Below the pieces are notes generated by a model that was not told the DNA's origin, did not search any database, and worked only from the letters and a program-made list of their open reading frames with translations. Shown here one piece after another: positions 1 through 12,900 of a stretch of DNA of 64,000 bases. The position numbers and the translations under genes were made by a program. Origin of the DNA: Phoronis australis. Taxonomy: Eukaryota > Animalia > Phoronida. Numbering within the stretch: position 1 is the stretch's first letter; each line of letters begins with the position of its first letter. Location: positions 272,288 through 336,287 of the forward strand of contig NMRA01000239.1 of NCBI GenBank assembly GCA_002633005.1, written 5' to 3'.

Positions 1-510
1 TCCGAAGTCGAACAACATGGTCTAATTAAACCAGAGCACATGTTACGCTACAACGAAAAACTGCAGCCTTCGGTGTATTTCCCATTTGTATTTTCATCAG
101 AAATTTTCGTCATGCGGGACTCGGTGACTCTTTCCATAGCTAAAGCGCCAAACACAAGCTAAATGCAAGACAATCGAGTAACGGTCTTGACATCGTCAAG
201 ACAAGGTAAAAATTACAAAGCCCGTTACACCAATTCTCAGATTCAAGCCTTACAGAGTAGTAATCATCCGTTGAACGCTTTAGTGACACGGGAGTTGCGT
301 CGATACCAAATTAGCGTTTCTAAAATTTTCCTTGTCCGAAAGTCGCGGGGCAAAAATCCGACGTTTATGGCATTGTCCGAAGTTCGAAGATCATTAAAAA
401 ACAGTTTTTGGACCTTGTACGAATTTCGTGGACTATGAAAAACTCATTTCGGAAATATTTATTCTTGGTCGAAAATGGCGGGCCGTCCGAAAATCACGCG
501 ACTTTACCGT
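1..510. mobile_element. Right-hand part of a non-autonomous DNA transposon (TA-flanked type)
   Basis: Recurrent TCCGAA/TTCGGA subterminal motifs and CpG richness unlike the flanking intron; ends ...actttaccg|TA. Confidence 0.4.
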
Positions 511-738
511 ATTGTTTCTTAAGCAAATTAGCTGGTGCATTTGAACTTTTGACATCAGTAAAATGAGTCCAAGATTTAACATACAAACTCCGCACAGATT
601 GAACACGGACTTTTAGACAATCATGCACTCAAATTTGCTGAATATTCATCTTGAGTTTGAATTTTCTGTTGTGGAGAACACTGCAGTAATTCTCTGTTTA
701 TTTCACACACTCTCACTTTGTATGACTCGTTTTGACAG

Positions 739-906
739 TTTACCACATCAAAACCTTTGGTGGAAATGGGAATGGGTCTGCCTGTGTGTTTCCGTATGAA
801 TACAAAAACAAGGAATACGTGGCTTGTATTACATTGGGCCACACTCAGCCGTGGTGTGCCACCACTGATAGCTATACCCGGGACAAAGCATGGGTCAACT
901 GTATAG
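739..906 (+). CDS. Fibronectin type II domain exon 1
   Basis: TFGGNGNGSACVFPYEYKNKEYVACITLGHTQPWCATTDSYTRDKAWVNC matches the FN2 consensus (CxFPF, WCATT, WGxC). Boundaries ttgacag / g|gtaagt, phase 1-1. Confidence 0.93.
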   Translation, partial: FTTSKPLVEMGMGLPVCFRMNTKTRNTWLVLHWATLSRGVPPLIAIPGTKHGSTV

Positions 907-3900
907 GTAAGTACAATGTACAGTTTACGTTTCCTCGAAAGAGAAATTGCGAGAAGTACGGATTCATACGTTTTCTCAGAATAGAAATTGTGAGAATTGT
1001 GAATTTATGATTGGCCTATGTATGAACAATAAAGATAGTAATGTGTCACAAGTTTGTTTCCAGAGATGAAAAGGTTGGCGAAATAAGGTCATTTATTATG
1101 ACAAAATACAATTTTAGGTTCGAAATTTATTTTTACCTTACATATTATACACGAGAGTGATAACTATAATGGACTTTTCAGAGAGTACTTGAGAATAGTA
1201 CTAATAAAGTAATGAAAATATGGTTCAAGTGAGAACTGAACAGGGCAAAAAGCACCTAATATAAAGTTCAATTTTGTCAGTTTTTCAAGGTGGGATGCTA
1301 GGCGAAGAAAGTGAGAAGTGATTGTTTTGAAAGGTTACTATGTTAATCAACATTTTACTTAATATGATAAATACTAGCGAAAGAAATGGAATGGCTGAAC
1401 TTCCTCTTGTTTTGACAGATCACAACGTCCAAACGTTTGGTGGTAATGGTACTGGCACTCCCTGTGTGTTCCCATTTGTGTATGGAGGCAGGCAGCACTT
1501 CTCATGTATTACGATGGACCATACACAGCCATGGTGTGCCACATCGGATAATTATACACAGGATAGACTGTGGGGCAACTGTCTGATAGGTAAGTAACTG
1601 GTGTTTTGCTTATTGGTATAGATTGTTGGAGGTAAGTCTGTTACATGGCTATAAACATCCCAATCAAGAGATGGGAGTCAGCTTAATTCTTTCACTGTCA
1701 GTGTCGTCTTTTGGGGACTTCAAACATGGCTCGGCTGAATGCCGGTGTCGGCTGTTGGTGACTTAGGTACCTGTGTCCAGTTCGACTATTTTTAGCTCAG
1801 TGTTTAAATGCAGTTAATGACATCATACGACCATTCGGTGTTAGTATTTTGTTTGTTAGAAGCATTTGGTTGACAATGGGATTTTTTTTCTCAAATGTAG
1901 AGCGATTTGTTGATTTGTCTCGACTGATGGGATCAATGCTATGTCACAAATTGTTTATGATTCAGACTCAGAAGCGGAGTTCCAACTGTCCGACGATGCA
2001 TGGGCTAAGCATTTACAACCATAGTGATTTTGCAGTTAGCTAGTAACAGCAATTTTGTGGCCTTTTTTGTTTGAGAACCCAAAATTTTTAACTTCCTCAA
2101 ACTTAAATTGGCACTGGAAAGTGGCTCTTGTTCTAGAAAGTTTACAGTGAAAGAGACAACTTTGTTGTTTTATTACTACACTGTTTTAGTATTGTGATAA
2201 CACTGCTTTATGTGGAATACTTAAGTGTGTGAAATTCTGCAAAATTCAGGGAACCTTAACGAATTGAATGTTATTAGGAATTTTGAAGTGATTTAAGTGC
2301 ACTTACATTGTGTTTTTTCAAAGCTGCTCTGTCATGATTGCTTTTGTGTAGTTCGGCTTGAGATTTATAATATTTTTTATCAACTGCTTGTATTTGTATT
2401 TATACAATGCATTTACAACAAAGTTGTTTTGAGATTTTCACCCCAAATTTTCGGATAATTTAAGGGACTTTTCGAACAATACATACTTACATCCTAGGTT
2501 GAGTTAGCCACACTTGGTGCAGGAATTGTTGTTGCATTGTGTGCGGCCATGTCTCCTGCTGTGATCCTGCATCGATACTTCTTGCTGAGCTCGGTCAAAG
2601 TTGCACTGCATGCGGAGGGTCTGTGTGCATTCGGTTGCAGCAATCTTGCAACATATGCGCTTGAGTGTATCCCGCTCTCAATATGGCTACTTTTAGAACA
2701 CAAGTCGTGACTTGTCAGCTGATCACAAGAAGCTTACTCCAGTTAGAGGGCCACTTGCAGAACAGCAATACATGTGGACAACATGTGCCATGAAGCCAAG
2801 GTCTTTCGTAATTACTGCTTTGTGCTCGGCTGCCATTACTTTAGATATTACTTCTAGTGAAACACCAGTAGATTTACTGGGTGTTTAATCTGTTTATTGT
2901 GCTAGTTGAATAACAAATAGGCTGTTTACATTTGACTCTGCTACAATGTGACACCATCCTCTTGTTTTATCAGATAACAACATCCAAACCTTTGGTGGAA
3001 ATGGTGGTGGCGGTTTGTGCGTGTTCCCGTTTCTCTTCAAAGGCCAGAATTATTTCACGTGCCCCAGTGTGAACCACAACCAGCCATGGTGTTCCACAAC
3101 TTGGAATTATGACAGAGACAAGAAATGGGGAAATTGTGGTAATGCAGAGGATATTGTAATGCAGAGGATATTGTAATGCAGAGGATATTGTAATGAGAGA
3201 ATATTGTAATGCAGAGGATATTGTAATGCAGAGGATATTGTACTACATCTGTGATATAAGGGGTGAAAGGTTGTATTAGGTTCTGATGTTGCATCAGTTG
3301 CAATGTCATGTCTGGTATAGCTTTGACCTTCAATTCTAGGTTTGACCTTCAGTGAAAAGATTGCTTGGGAGAGTAATTTGGTTATAAACACTGCATGGGT
3401 TTCACTGTGTTTGGCTTTAGGTTTATGGAAAATTTGTTCTAAATTTTAAATTCAGAGAAATAATGAACAAAACTTTGTTTATTTTTCACTGAATTTTACA
3501 CTTTTATTTAAACAAACAATTACAATGAACAACCAGTCTACCTAAAAATGTCTTGACATTATACTTTTTAGTATCAGTGACCTATTGTTATTTGGGAATG
3601 TGAGTGATGGTCACAGACCCTGATTGGTTTTCTGAGCGTCTACACAGATTGTAAGTCTCGGGTTCTACCCCTTGTCAAGGCGGCAGTCTTTCAAGACTTG
3701 TAATTTCTAAGTTACATAATGTGACCACATGTGACCCTGTAGGTGACGAACTTTATGCATCTGTTTTTATTCTCAAAACAGGAAACAATTTATCCACTCA
3801 GTTTTGCATCAGCCATTAAATACGTCTGAAGGAGGAAAGTTAATAAGTTTGTTGGCAGGTTCTGTCTCCCTATTAGTCTTTTATCCATTAAGCATCACCA

Positions 3901-6900
3901 TATCTCCATTCTGAAATGTGATTGGGGAGACAATAATGTGTTCCAAGTTTCTTTGACCACACAGGAGAATGTGAGCATTTGCTGCGTTTGCCGTGGTTTT
4001 AAATTGGGGAATTTTTCTGACTTAACACAGATGAAGCTATTGTCGCTGTTTAAACTATCAGAGTTGTTAGATTTATTTCCCCTGTAGCCATCTTACTATT
4101 CCAAGAACAGTTATTTGATATGTTTTTGCCACAATTCTAGATTTGCCGTTGATGAAATGGAATTAGATATATGTTTGTTTTATTGAGCTGTTCCTGTGTT
4201 ATAGTATAGGTTGTCATAGCTAGCTCCTATTTCCTTTATGGTACAACTATTAGTTGCATACTAAACTTGACCCTAACACAGTCTGTTTCACAGAAACTGT
4301 AATTGCTGTGTGCTACCCTCTTGTAGGCATCAACAAAACAGAGCTGAACATTCTCAACCTGCCACACATCTATGACATCAAAGTGCTGGACGATTATCTC
4401 TTCCTGACAAGCTGGAACAGTAGTGCCCTCTATGTGGTGGACTTGCTCACAAACCAATTGAGAACGGTTGCTCCCGGTCTGATGCGACCCACTCAAATGG
4501 TTGTACAGTTTGATCCATCTACAATTCTTGGTTGGTATCAACAAATTTTGGAGATCTAAAATTTCTCTTCAAAATAAATCCTATTTCTTTAAAGTTGCAT
4601 TTTCTTTACACAGTAATCCTTAAGTTTTGCTTGGAAACTATTCAAAGTCTGGAAGTCTAGAAAATGTTAACAATTAAGACATTACTGAAACTGTATCTTA
4701 AATGACTCTTAGATTAACCATTCATATTTTTAAAAACTTTTTTTTTGCTTTTGTGTTGTTGACACACTACAAGACTCAGCTGTTAGTGTGGCACTGGAAA
4801 GCATGGCATGAAAATCAGATTTCGTCATCAGAATGTTCTCACAAGGAAATTATTACAGCGAAATACACAGAAATGATAGATGGTACTCAGAAGAATGTAT
4901 AGTATAATTCAATGTAAACAAACCTGTTCCCAACCTTATCCTAAACTGACCAACATTTATTTAATGCCTAATAAACTATTTCAAAATATTTAAAACTAGT
5001 CCAGTTCTGGGGATGGTTGACTTGTGAAAGATACTCAAGTTCCAGCGTCTGAAAATTGTAAGGTGACCAACAACTACCGTCATGTTAAAGGTATTGATAC
5101 AATCTGTTTCAGGGTGCCCTGTGGATTTACAATGTGATGAGTGTAAATATGTACCAGGTGTGAACATGATGTGTACCTGTGAAGAGGACTCTCACCTGGG
5201 TCCAGATGGACATACTTGTATTGCCAATAGTGAGTCTATTGTGAATTACAGTAATGGTCACTGTCTCTTTAGTAAAAAATGAATTGATTGCTTGCATTGG
5301 TAAAGGGCTATGTTAAGCTTGTCTAATGATCTCTTCTAAAGGGGGCAATTAAGTCAGATATAACGTGCCCACATTTTGAGAGCCAGTTTGTGCCTGTTGT
5401 TCAGTGGAGAGAACTGGTTCTCAAAATGTGGGCACTATCCGACTATTACCCTGAAGGGGGTATTGTAATTGCTGTCAAAGTTCTGAAATTGACTTAATAC
5501 GACATGCATTGTTTGATAAGCTGGTGCTGCACCAATTTGCGTTTGTGTTATCGTAGAGTCACGTGTTAGTGCTGGTCCTTTATTAAGCACCAGTCTTGAA
5601 TAAACGCCACGTAAAAGGTAATTGGAAACACCATTGTTGAGTGCTGGTGGTGGTAATTCAAGGCTAATTGAAAGTTTAATTCTAGCAGCAATTTACCTTC
5701 GATGTTTTACTGGATAGTGTAAAGTGTACTGTTAACTAAATGCAAGTCAAAATAACATTTACATAATAATGAATAGATGCGTTGCAAGCATTAAAAATTA
5801 CGAGCGCTGGGTTTGAAATAAGCGCAAAGTCAAAAAATGTTTAAAAAAAAAAATTATCACCCAGGCGCTACTACATGACATAACGGTATTTCCTCATTGC
5901 ACAGCGGTAACTGAAAGCACAATACACTGCTGATAACTGTGATGCTGTCACACCATGTAGAAATGAGCTTTAGAATTTAGCCTGCTTAATAGCCTGAGCA
6001 TTTCAACTAGTTGTCGAGCCATTGCGATGAATACTGTTGATACTGTTACGCCGTGTAGGCTTAGCTTTATGATTTTGCCTGCTTCACTTATCGTGAGCAT
6101 TTCAGCTAGTTGTTGAGCCATTACTAACATAGTTCACTTTTTGTTTCTAAGCGACCGCTGCTCCAACGGAGAATTCCCAGCCAAGTAGTGTGTATATCAG
6201 ACGCATGACCACAGTTGAAAGTGTGCCACTAACTGCTTCAACTCATAGTGTTACACTGTCTGTTAATATGCCAGTCACTCAAAGTGCAACTCCAACTACC
6301 AGCGACGCCTATCTAACATCGCAACCTCTCGTGTCAACTCAGTCCACTCCTGGCAAGTTCTGCATGAGCTATTATAATTATTATTATTGTTATTATTATT
6401 TCTATTATGCATATTGCTGTCGTCTCTGCGTGGGCTTCTCAATTCTGTAGCTGAGTTTGTTAAACCCCTAGAAGGATGAAGCTTATATTTATAATTTTGC
6501 ATTACAATATGTATATAGATTATTACATGTTTTCAGTCGTTATGCCCTGTATTTTAGAGCCCAAGTAGATTTTGGATTTCTCCCAAATCTACGAGGGCTC
6601 TAGAATACAGGGATAACGACTGAGAACATGTAATAATCTATTTATACCACATACTGAAGGAGAAACATTGCAATGAATCGATCTACCTTTCTCGACTTGC
6701 CTCGGCTTTGTAACTACTTTCTGTGTCAGCGGCCCGAGGTCGGAGGTCGTGACCTTGTAGAAAAGCCGAGCTATTTTTGTCAAATACATGCTTTTACTAC
6801 AAACCAATTGAAAATTTAAACAAAATGGAAAGAAAGTGAATCTATAAATAGAGGCTTAGCAAATATTATAATAGCTTACTACACATTTTAATCACGTTAA

Positions 6901-9900
6901 GCTTCAACCGAGAAAATATCGTCTGCTAAAGTAGGTTACCACTGGTAACTGAGTATAATGCTCAAGTCGAAGGATCCTGACGACAGGATACCCGCATTCA
7001 AATTGGAGATCGGTGATTTACTAGTGAGAGAAAATGAGAGATAAATTTCACTGAATTAAAATATCGTTTTTATGAAAATTTTACGTCTTATTTTTCATAG
7101 CGTATAAATGTCGGTACAATGCCCTTTGTTGAACATGCGATTGTTGCGCGTGCTCATTTAAGTATTCTATTTTCACGTTCGATGATGTTAGCCTCTGAGT
7201 GGTGCAGTGGAATCTCCTGTGGACCGGGTTCAAAACGGGCCTCGATTCCCGCCAAAATGTTATCTCATTCACGAGATAACTAAATGGGTTATTACACGGT
7301 TGTATTGGCCATTCGTGGCTGATATTGTGGTATAAGGTACATTATCATTAGCCAGCAGCTAATACACATCCTTATGTTGAGTTCTCATTGGTCCCCTTTC
7401 TCTTACTGGAAGGAGGGAGACATTACCAGGAAGCGATAACTGTTCTGGCGAATTTTAACGCGTTTCAGGAGCTGGCCAAGTTGTCAGCACTTCAATCATT
7501 GCGAGTTAATGTTGAATGTGTTGGGGAGGAAGTATATCACAGCTTATGCTCTAATGATTTTCCTGAAGTCACCTGCTGCTGAAGCACTCGTTTGTGCTAC
7601 ATACATGAGACTATATTTGACTTCAGTGCAATCTATACATCCAGGATATATCCATTACTGTGTATATGCGCGCGCGCACATGTGGCATTTCCGCAAAGAA
7701 ACTGATCCTGTTTTGTTTTTCACGGTTGAGCTGTAATTTTGCAGCTACTTTCAGCAAATAGCCAAATGCAGCGTTATGTTATGTGTCGTATTCCTTTGTT
7801 CTACAGCTGCCAGCCAGCCCACTACTCTGTCGCCTGCTGATAGTAAATACAGTAAGTCTGTGGTTGTGCTGTGGTCCTCTTTTTACATAGTACTGTAAAC
7901 ATTCTCCAGTTTGGGAGTCTCTGACAGTCCTCTTTGGGACACCCACTGTAATTCGAAGCAAAATTGAATGTTCTTGATTCTAAATGTTGGGACATGGGTG
8001 ATTTTGGCACTTAACATTATGTTTTAGATCAACAGATTCTTGAAAATAGACTTGGCAGTTGATATAATTGTCAAGAGTAGCCTCTGACGCAACATTTTCA
8101 TGATTCCCCATATTGTGTAACATCTAGGTGAATGGTCATTTGTTTTTTATTGTAATTCTTAGATTTGAGACAGTTAATATAATATATCTAAAATTTGGTA
8201 CGGGCTCCTACCTTGAGTAAACTAATTAACTATTCACTGTCCCAAAATGGAGAATTTTTACCGTAATCAGAAACCGTTCTTGTGTTCATATATCTGAAGA
8301 AAACTGCCGTTTCCACTCATTTGCAAAAGTTGGTGCCTTGCTATACAACTCTGCATGTACCTTTATTTTCATGTATAGTGAATCGTTGGTAATTGGAAAT
8401 GAGTTGTGAACCATACTGTGAAAAAGTGTTACAGCATTAGACGATTGCTGTAGCCAATGTTTTCCTTATAGTTAAGAGCCCAACATGTTCAGAAAATCAA
8501 TTCAGGGAAAGCATTCATTTATTACGACTTTATTGAAGAAAAAACATTTATTTGAAGTTTACTTCTGTAGGTAATTACTTATAATTATTTTTCAGTAGAA
8601 CTAATTTAGTACATATTCAATGACTCTGACTGTTGTTATTCTTAATATGTGACAAGGATTTCGTACAAACACCTTGATTTTAGTTACAAATTTTGTGGAA
8701 TTAGTCTCCTTCGAATTATTTGTAAAAAAGGGAGAAACTGTGCTGCAATGTTGACTCAGTTCCAGCTATTTGTATTGAACACTATTCATGTCTTTTCTGT
8801 GTCAGAACCTCTCTACTGTCCTCAAGACATCCACGTCGTCACATCAAGTGACACTAGGCGTGTCTCTTTCACACAGCCAGACTTTGTCGGCGACCCCTCG
8901 GTCACACAAACTCACAAATCAGACACTGATTTCAAGGTGGGCACTACCAAGGTCACGTTCATAGCATTATATAAGGAGAAGACTAAAGATGGCGCACCTG
9001 TCAGGGTCAGATGTTCCTTTAACATAATAGTCGAAAAGAAAGGTGAGGCCTGTTGGATTACTTTTGTGTGCCATGTGCTTTTTTGTCTGGAGAAATGATA
9101 TATGCCTTTTGTTGTAGAGCTATCTGTTATGATTTTAGAGAATGATAAATCATGAAGACAGTCTACAATCTCATGATCACCAGTGACAATAAGAGCAGTG
9201 AATGCTGTTCTTTGTGAACCCTGCTCTTAGTCATACAAGTCACCTAATTGGTCTGTGTAACTAATAACAAAGAGTTTGAAGTCTTGGTTGCGTAAGGCTA
9301 ACATCAGATATTTATTAAAGGGAGATTGTGTTTGTATTATGAGGCCCAATCAAGGGTCAAACAAGTTTGTAATATAGCTCAATAATTACATACTAATAAC
9401 ACAATATTTGTTGCTAACAAGAAGTGTCAACTTTCTTTTTTTTCCGGACTTGAATTATTTCTTCACACAAATGCAAATTCAAAATGAATTATCAATTATG
9501 AATCTTCATTTCCAAAATTTTATTCTTGCTTGTGAAGACAGGATTACGCGTTCTCACATAAAAAATGAAAGTACACATTCAAAAAAGCTTCTCAGAAACA
9601 TGAAATAAATAATAATTTCACAAATATGAAAAATACATAAAGATTTTGTGTAAAGTACAGGAAAAAAGAGGAATTGGTGTGTCCAGTGGGATAATTGTCC
9701 ACTACTCAAGGTCATCGGTTCGAGTCCCACTGGAGCTCGCTGGTAGACCCTTGAATCAGGACTCGAGCCTAGCAGCTCGGTTTCATCTGTTTATGATCGA
9801 CATATGTCCATAATTATATATAAATGATACATGCATCACAAGCTCGTTACCAGAGATGAAAAGGAGACCGTGGTAGGTGACTCTGGATAACAATAGACTA

Positions 9901-12900
9901 ATGAGAAGACTGGGAAAGCGACGTGCAGTCTTACACAAAGGAACCGAAAAGAGTAAGATGAAAAGGAGAAAGGAGTAAGACGGGTCCATATGCTCACATA
10001 AACAAATTTAACGAGTGAAATACCTTTTTATAAATAGCGTGAACATGCTTCCAGGTGATCAGTGCAATGAGCCCACATGAGTGACTTGTGTATGACTTGT
10101 ACAACGTGTATCAGACCACCTGCAATTATTTTCATTTGTAGGACAGAAGGGGTTATGTGATTTGCTGCCATCTGATAATTTTACATCACATCATGTTATA
10201 AGCAGCAAGAAAAACATTGTGTTGAGTGTCTTTTTCTAATTTCCAGATCTTCCGTGTGGTGAATTGCCTGTTGTCACCAATGGAAACTTCAAGTGTTCTG
10301 GGTCAAAATGCTTCGTGGAGTGCTTTGGCAGGTATCGTGCTAGAGATCCAGACCAAAAATACACCTGCCAGAAAAAGAAATGGACTCCAAGTTTTGGCGA
10401 TGGATTCGGGCTGCTGGCGTGTTATGGTGCGTATATGTCCAACATGAACTGTAGGTGCAAGGCAGGATCAAGCAGGATCTTCGTGAAATTTGGCAGATGT
10501 ATTTTGTATAAATATTTTGATTAAAAAACCCATATTTACAAAAGTACACACAGCAACGCCCTCACACACGCACATGTACACACACGGGCGCACGCGCACA
10601 CACAAACAGGAATACACACGTGCACCTAATGCTGCAGGTCACTGAGAAAAATAGTTACAAAGTTACAACATGTCAAATGTATTTTTATGAACCTGGCAAC
10701 GAATGGCGACAAGTTTTGAATCAATTTGTCTACCCCTGTTCCCCCTATTGGCAATTTTATTCTTTTACAATTGCCTCTGTATCTTCCCATTTCATTGGCA
10801 GATTTTTCTGAAATTTGCCAAAATGTGTGTCTAGAGCACTACTCGTATTGACATTCAAATGGATCCAACTACTGTGGAAAAGTTTGAAAAGATGGAGCAC
10901 CCTTAACTAATATCTTTATCATTTGTGATGTACACAGTGCCAGTGGGTGCATATCAACGTTCTGTGTAGCTCTCGTTTGGAGGCCTTTTTGATCAATTCA
11001 GCATACTGTACTTAGTCTTTTCTCTAAACATCAAGTTATTATAAATAAATAAAAATTATCCCTCGAATCACAATTTATGTAGAGAGCAAGTCCCGCCGAT
11101 TTTCAGTCTAGTCTTTGTACGACGTAACCATTTTTCCATTTGACTTCATTAATTGTGCCAGAAGCAGGTAATTAAACTAATATAACAGTGGTATAAAAAC
11201 TGATTAGATGCTCAGCGTTAATATTGTGTGACTTGCTCGTAGTGTCTCAACTTCTGCTTTAAAGTATTACTTTTATTATAAATGATTTCATTTTCATGCG
11301 TCTACATGTACATGACTTATAGGTTCCTATTAAAGAATTGACATGGCTTTCCAGTTTTGAGACAGATTTGGCGTATTCTGCAACCTAGTGGCCAGTTTTG
11401 TTATTTTTGAATCCGTTTTTGGTGTCCATCTCTCTAGCTGCCAAAGGATGATATGAAAATTGACACATGTGTTCCTGTAGAGAAGACAGTGATTTTTGGA
11501 CAAGCTCAACTGTAGCACCACCTAATGCCATTTTTGTATCCACACCTACATGTCCTGAACTTTTTGCAGGATTGTTGTAGAATTTGGCTTGTGTTTTCGT
11601 GGCAACTTGACAGTGAATAATAATGACGACTTTTGGACAGACGCGATTGATGCTATGGTCCGATGTGGCAACTTGAGATTTTTTATGTTGATCTATGTAG
11701 TCTTCATTGACAAGATTTTCATGAAATTTGATAATTAAGCGCCTATTAAGGAGACAGCGATGTATTCCTATTTTTGGATGGATTCGACGTATTCTATGCC
11801 ACCAAGGGGCTATTTGTTTGATTTGCTAGTCTGTTTTATATTCTGTCTGCAAAATCGCTCCAGTGACCTGTATAAATGTTGAAAGACGTGTTCCTGTTGA
11901 GAAGGCCCTCAGACTGATGTCAATTTTCGGATGGCTGCGACTACTGTGGCGTCCTCTTGTGGCTATTTTGTTATTGTTTTTTATTTTGCATCCACAGTTA
12001 CATTTTTTTAAACCCCTTACATGATCTTTGTGAAATTTGACAGATATCCTATGAACGTGCCAACAGGTGACAACTTCTTACAGATGGTTCCTATACTGTG
12101 GTTGTGCCTCACAATTCTACCACCACCCAGTGGCCATTTCGATACTACACCTCTGCAAGCATACCATTTGTGGGTGCATTTCAACGCTTTGCCTAAAAAG
12201 GGACCTACTGAGGTTCAGAATATATTTTATTTCTAGTAATATATGCCAAATTCATAAATGAGTTTTAATTGTAGCTATTAAATGGAATCTTTCCTTCTGA
12301 AGCATGTTCTTTAATCCATCGTACATCCCTACTATTTTATTTTGCAGAGCTACAACTCCCTAAGGAGATGACATACTCCGTACAGATCAACTTGGCTGGC
12401 AGCTGTCTCAAGCCAGTGGATGAATTTTCTAGAGACCTACAGAATGAAGTTGTTAAACTGCTGAAGATTAAGAATAAAGAATTTTGTAGTACAGAGCAGG
12501 TCAAGTCTTGTTCGCTCAACGATGTGTCTGTCAAATGTGGTCGTGTTGAAAGGTCTGCTCGCGACGTTGATGGAGGCATCGGCATCAACATGACAATGGT
12601 GGCAGTGTTCTTGTGAGTATGGGTACACATTTTTGGTCTAATGTTTGTATAAATTGTCTTGCGGACGTAGTATTCATGGACAATAGTCTGTTATAACATG
12701 CCCGTATTTTGAGAACCAGTTTTTATGCCCGTTATTGAGTGGAGAAAACTGGTTCTCAAAATTAGGGCACGTTACATCAGACCATTACCGTATTCACGAC
12801 TGTCCATGTGTCGGTCCGTATGTACATTGTCATGTTCGTCTAATGATCACAGTTAGCAATGTCATGAGTTATTCAAGTGCGCATTTTTAACAGATCCAAC

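Noticed and set aside
163-438. 91-aa ORF at the window start
   Set aside because: It lies in a repeat-like transposon end inside the receptor gene's intron and has no domain or splice support.
3139-3242. CRISPR-like array
   Set aside because: The repeats are contiguous with no spacers, the context is a eukaryotic intron, and no cas genes are present.
7191-7256. tRNA-Gly-like sequence (also the tRNA-like heads at 9676, 25028 and 48057)
   Set aside because: A/B-box remnants only, with no complete cloverleaf. Best read as SINE heads or decayed copies.
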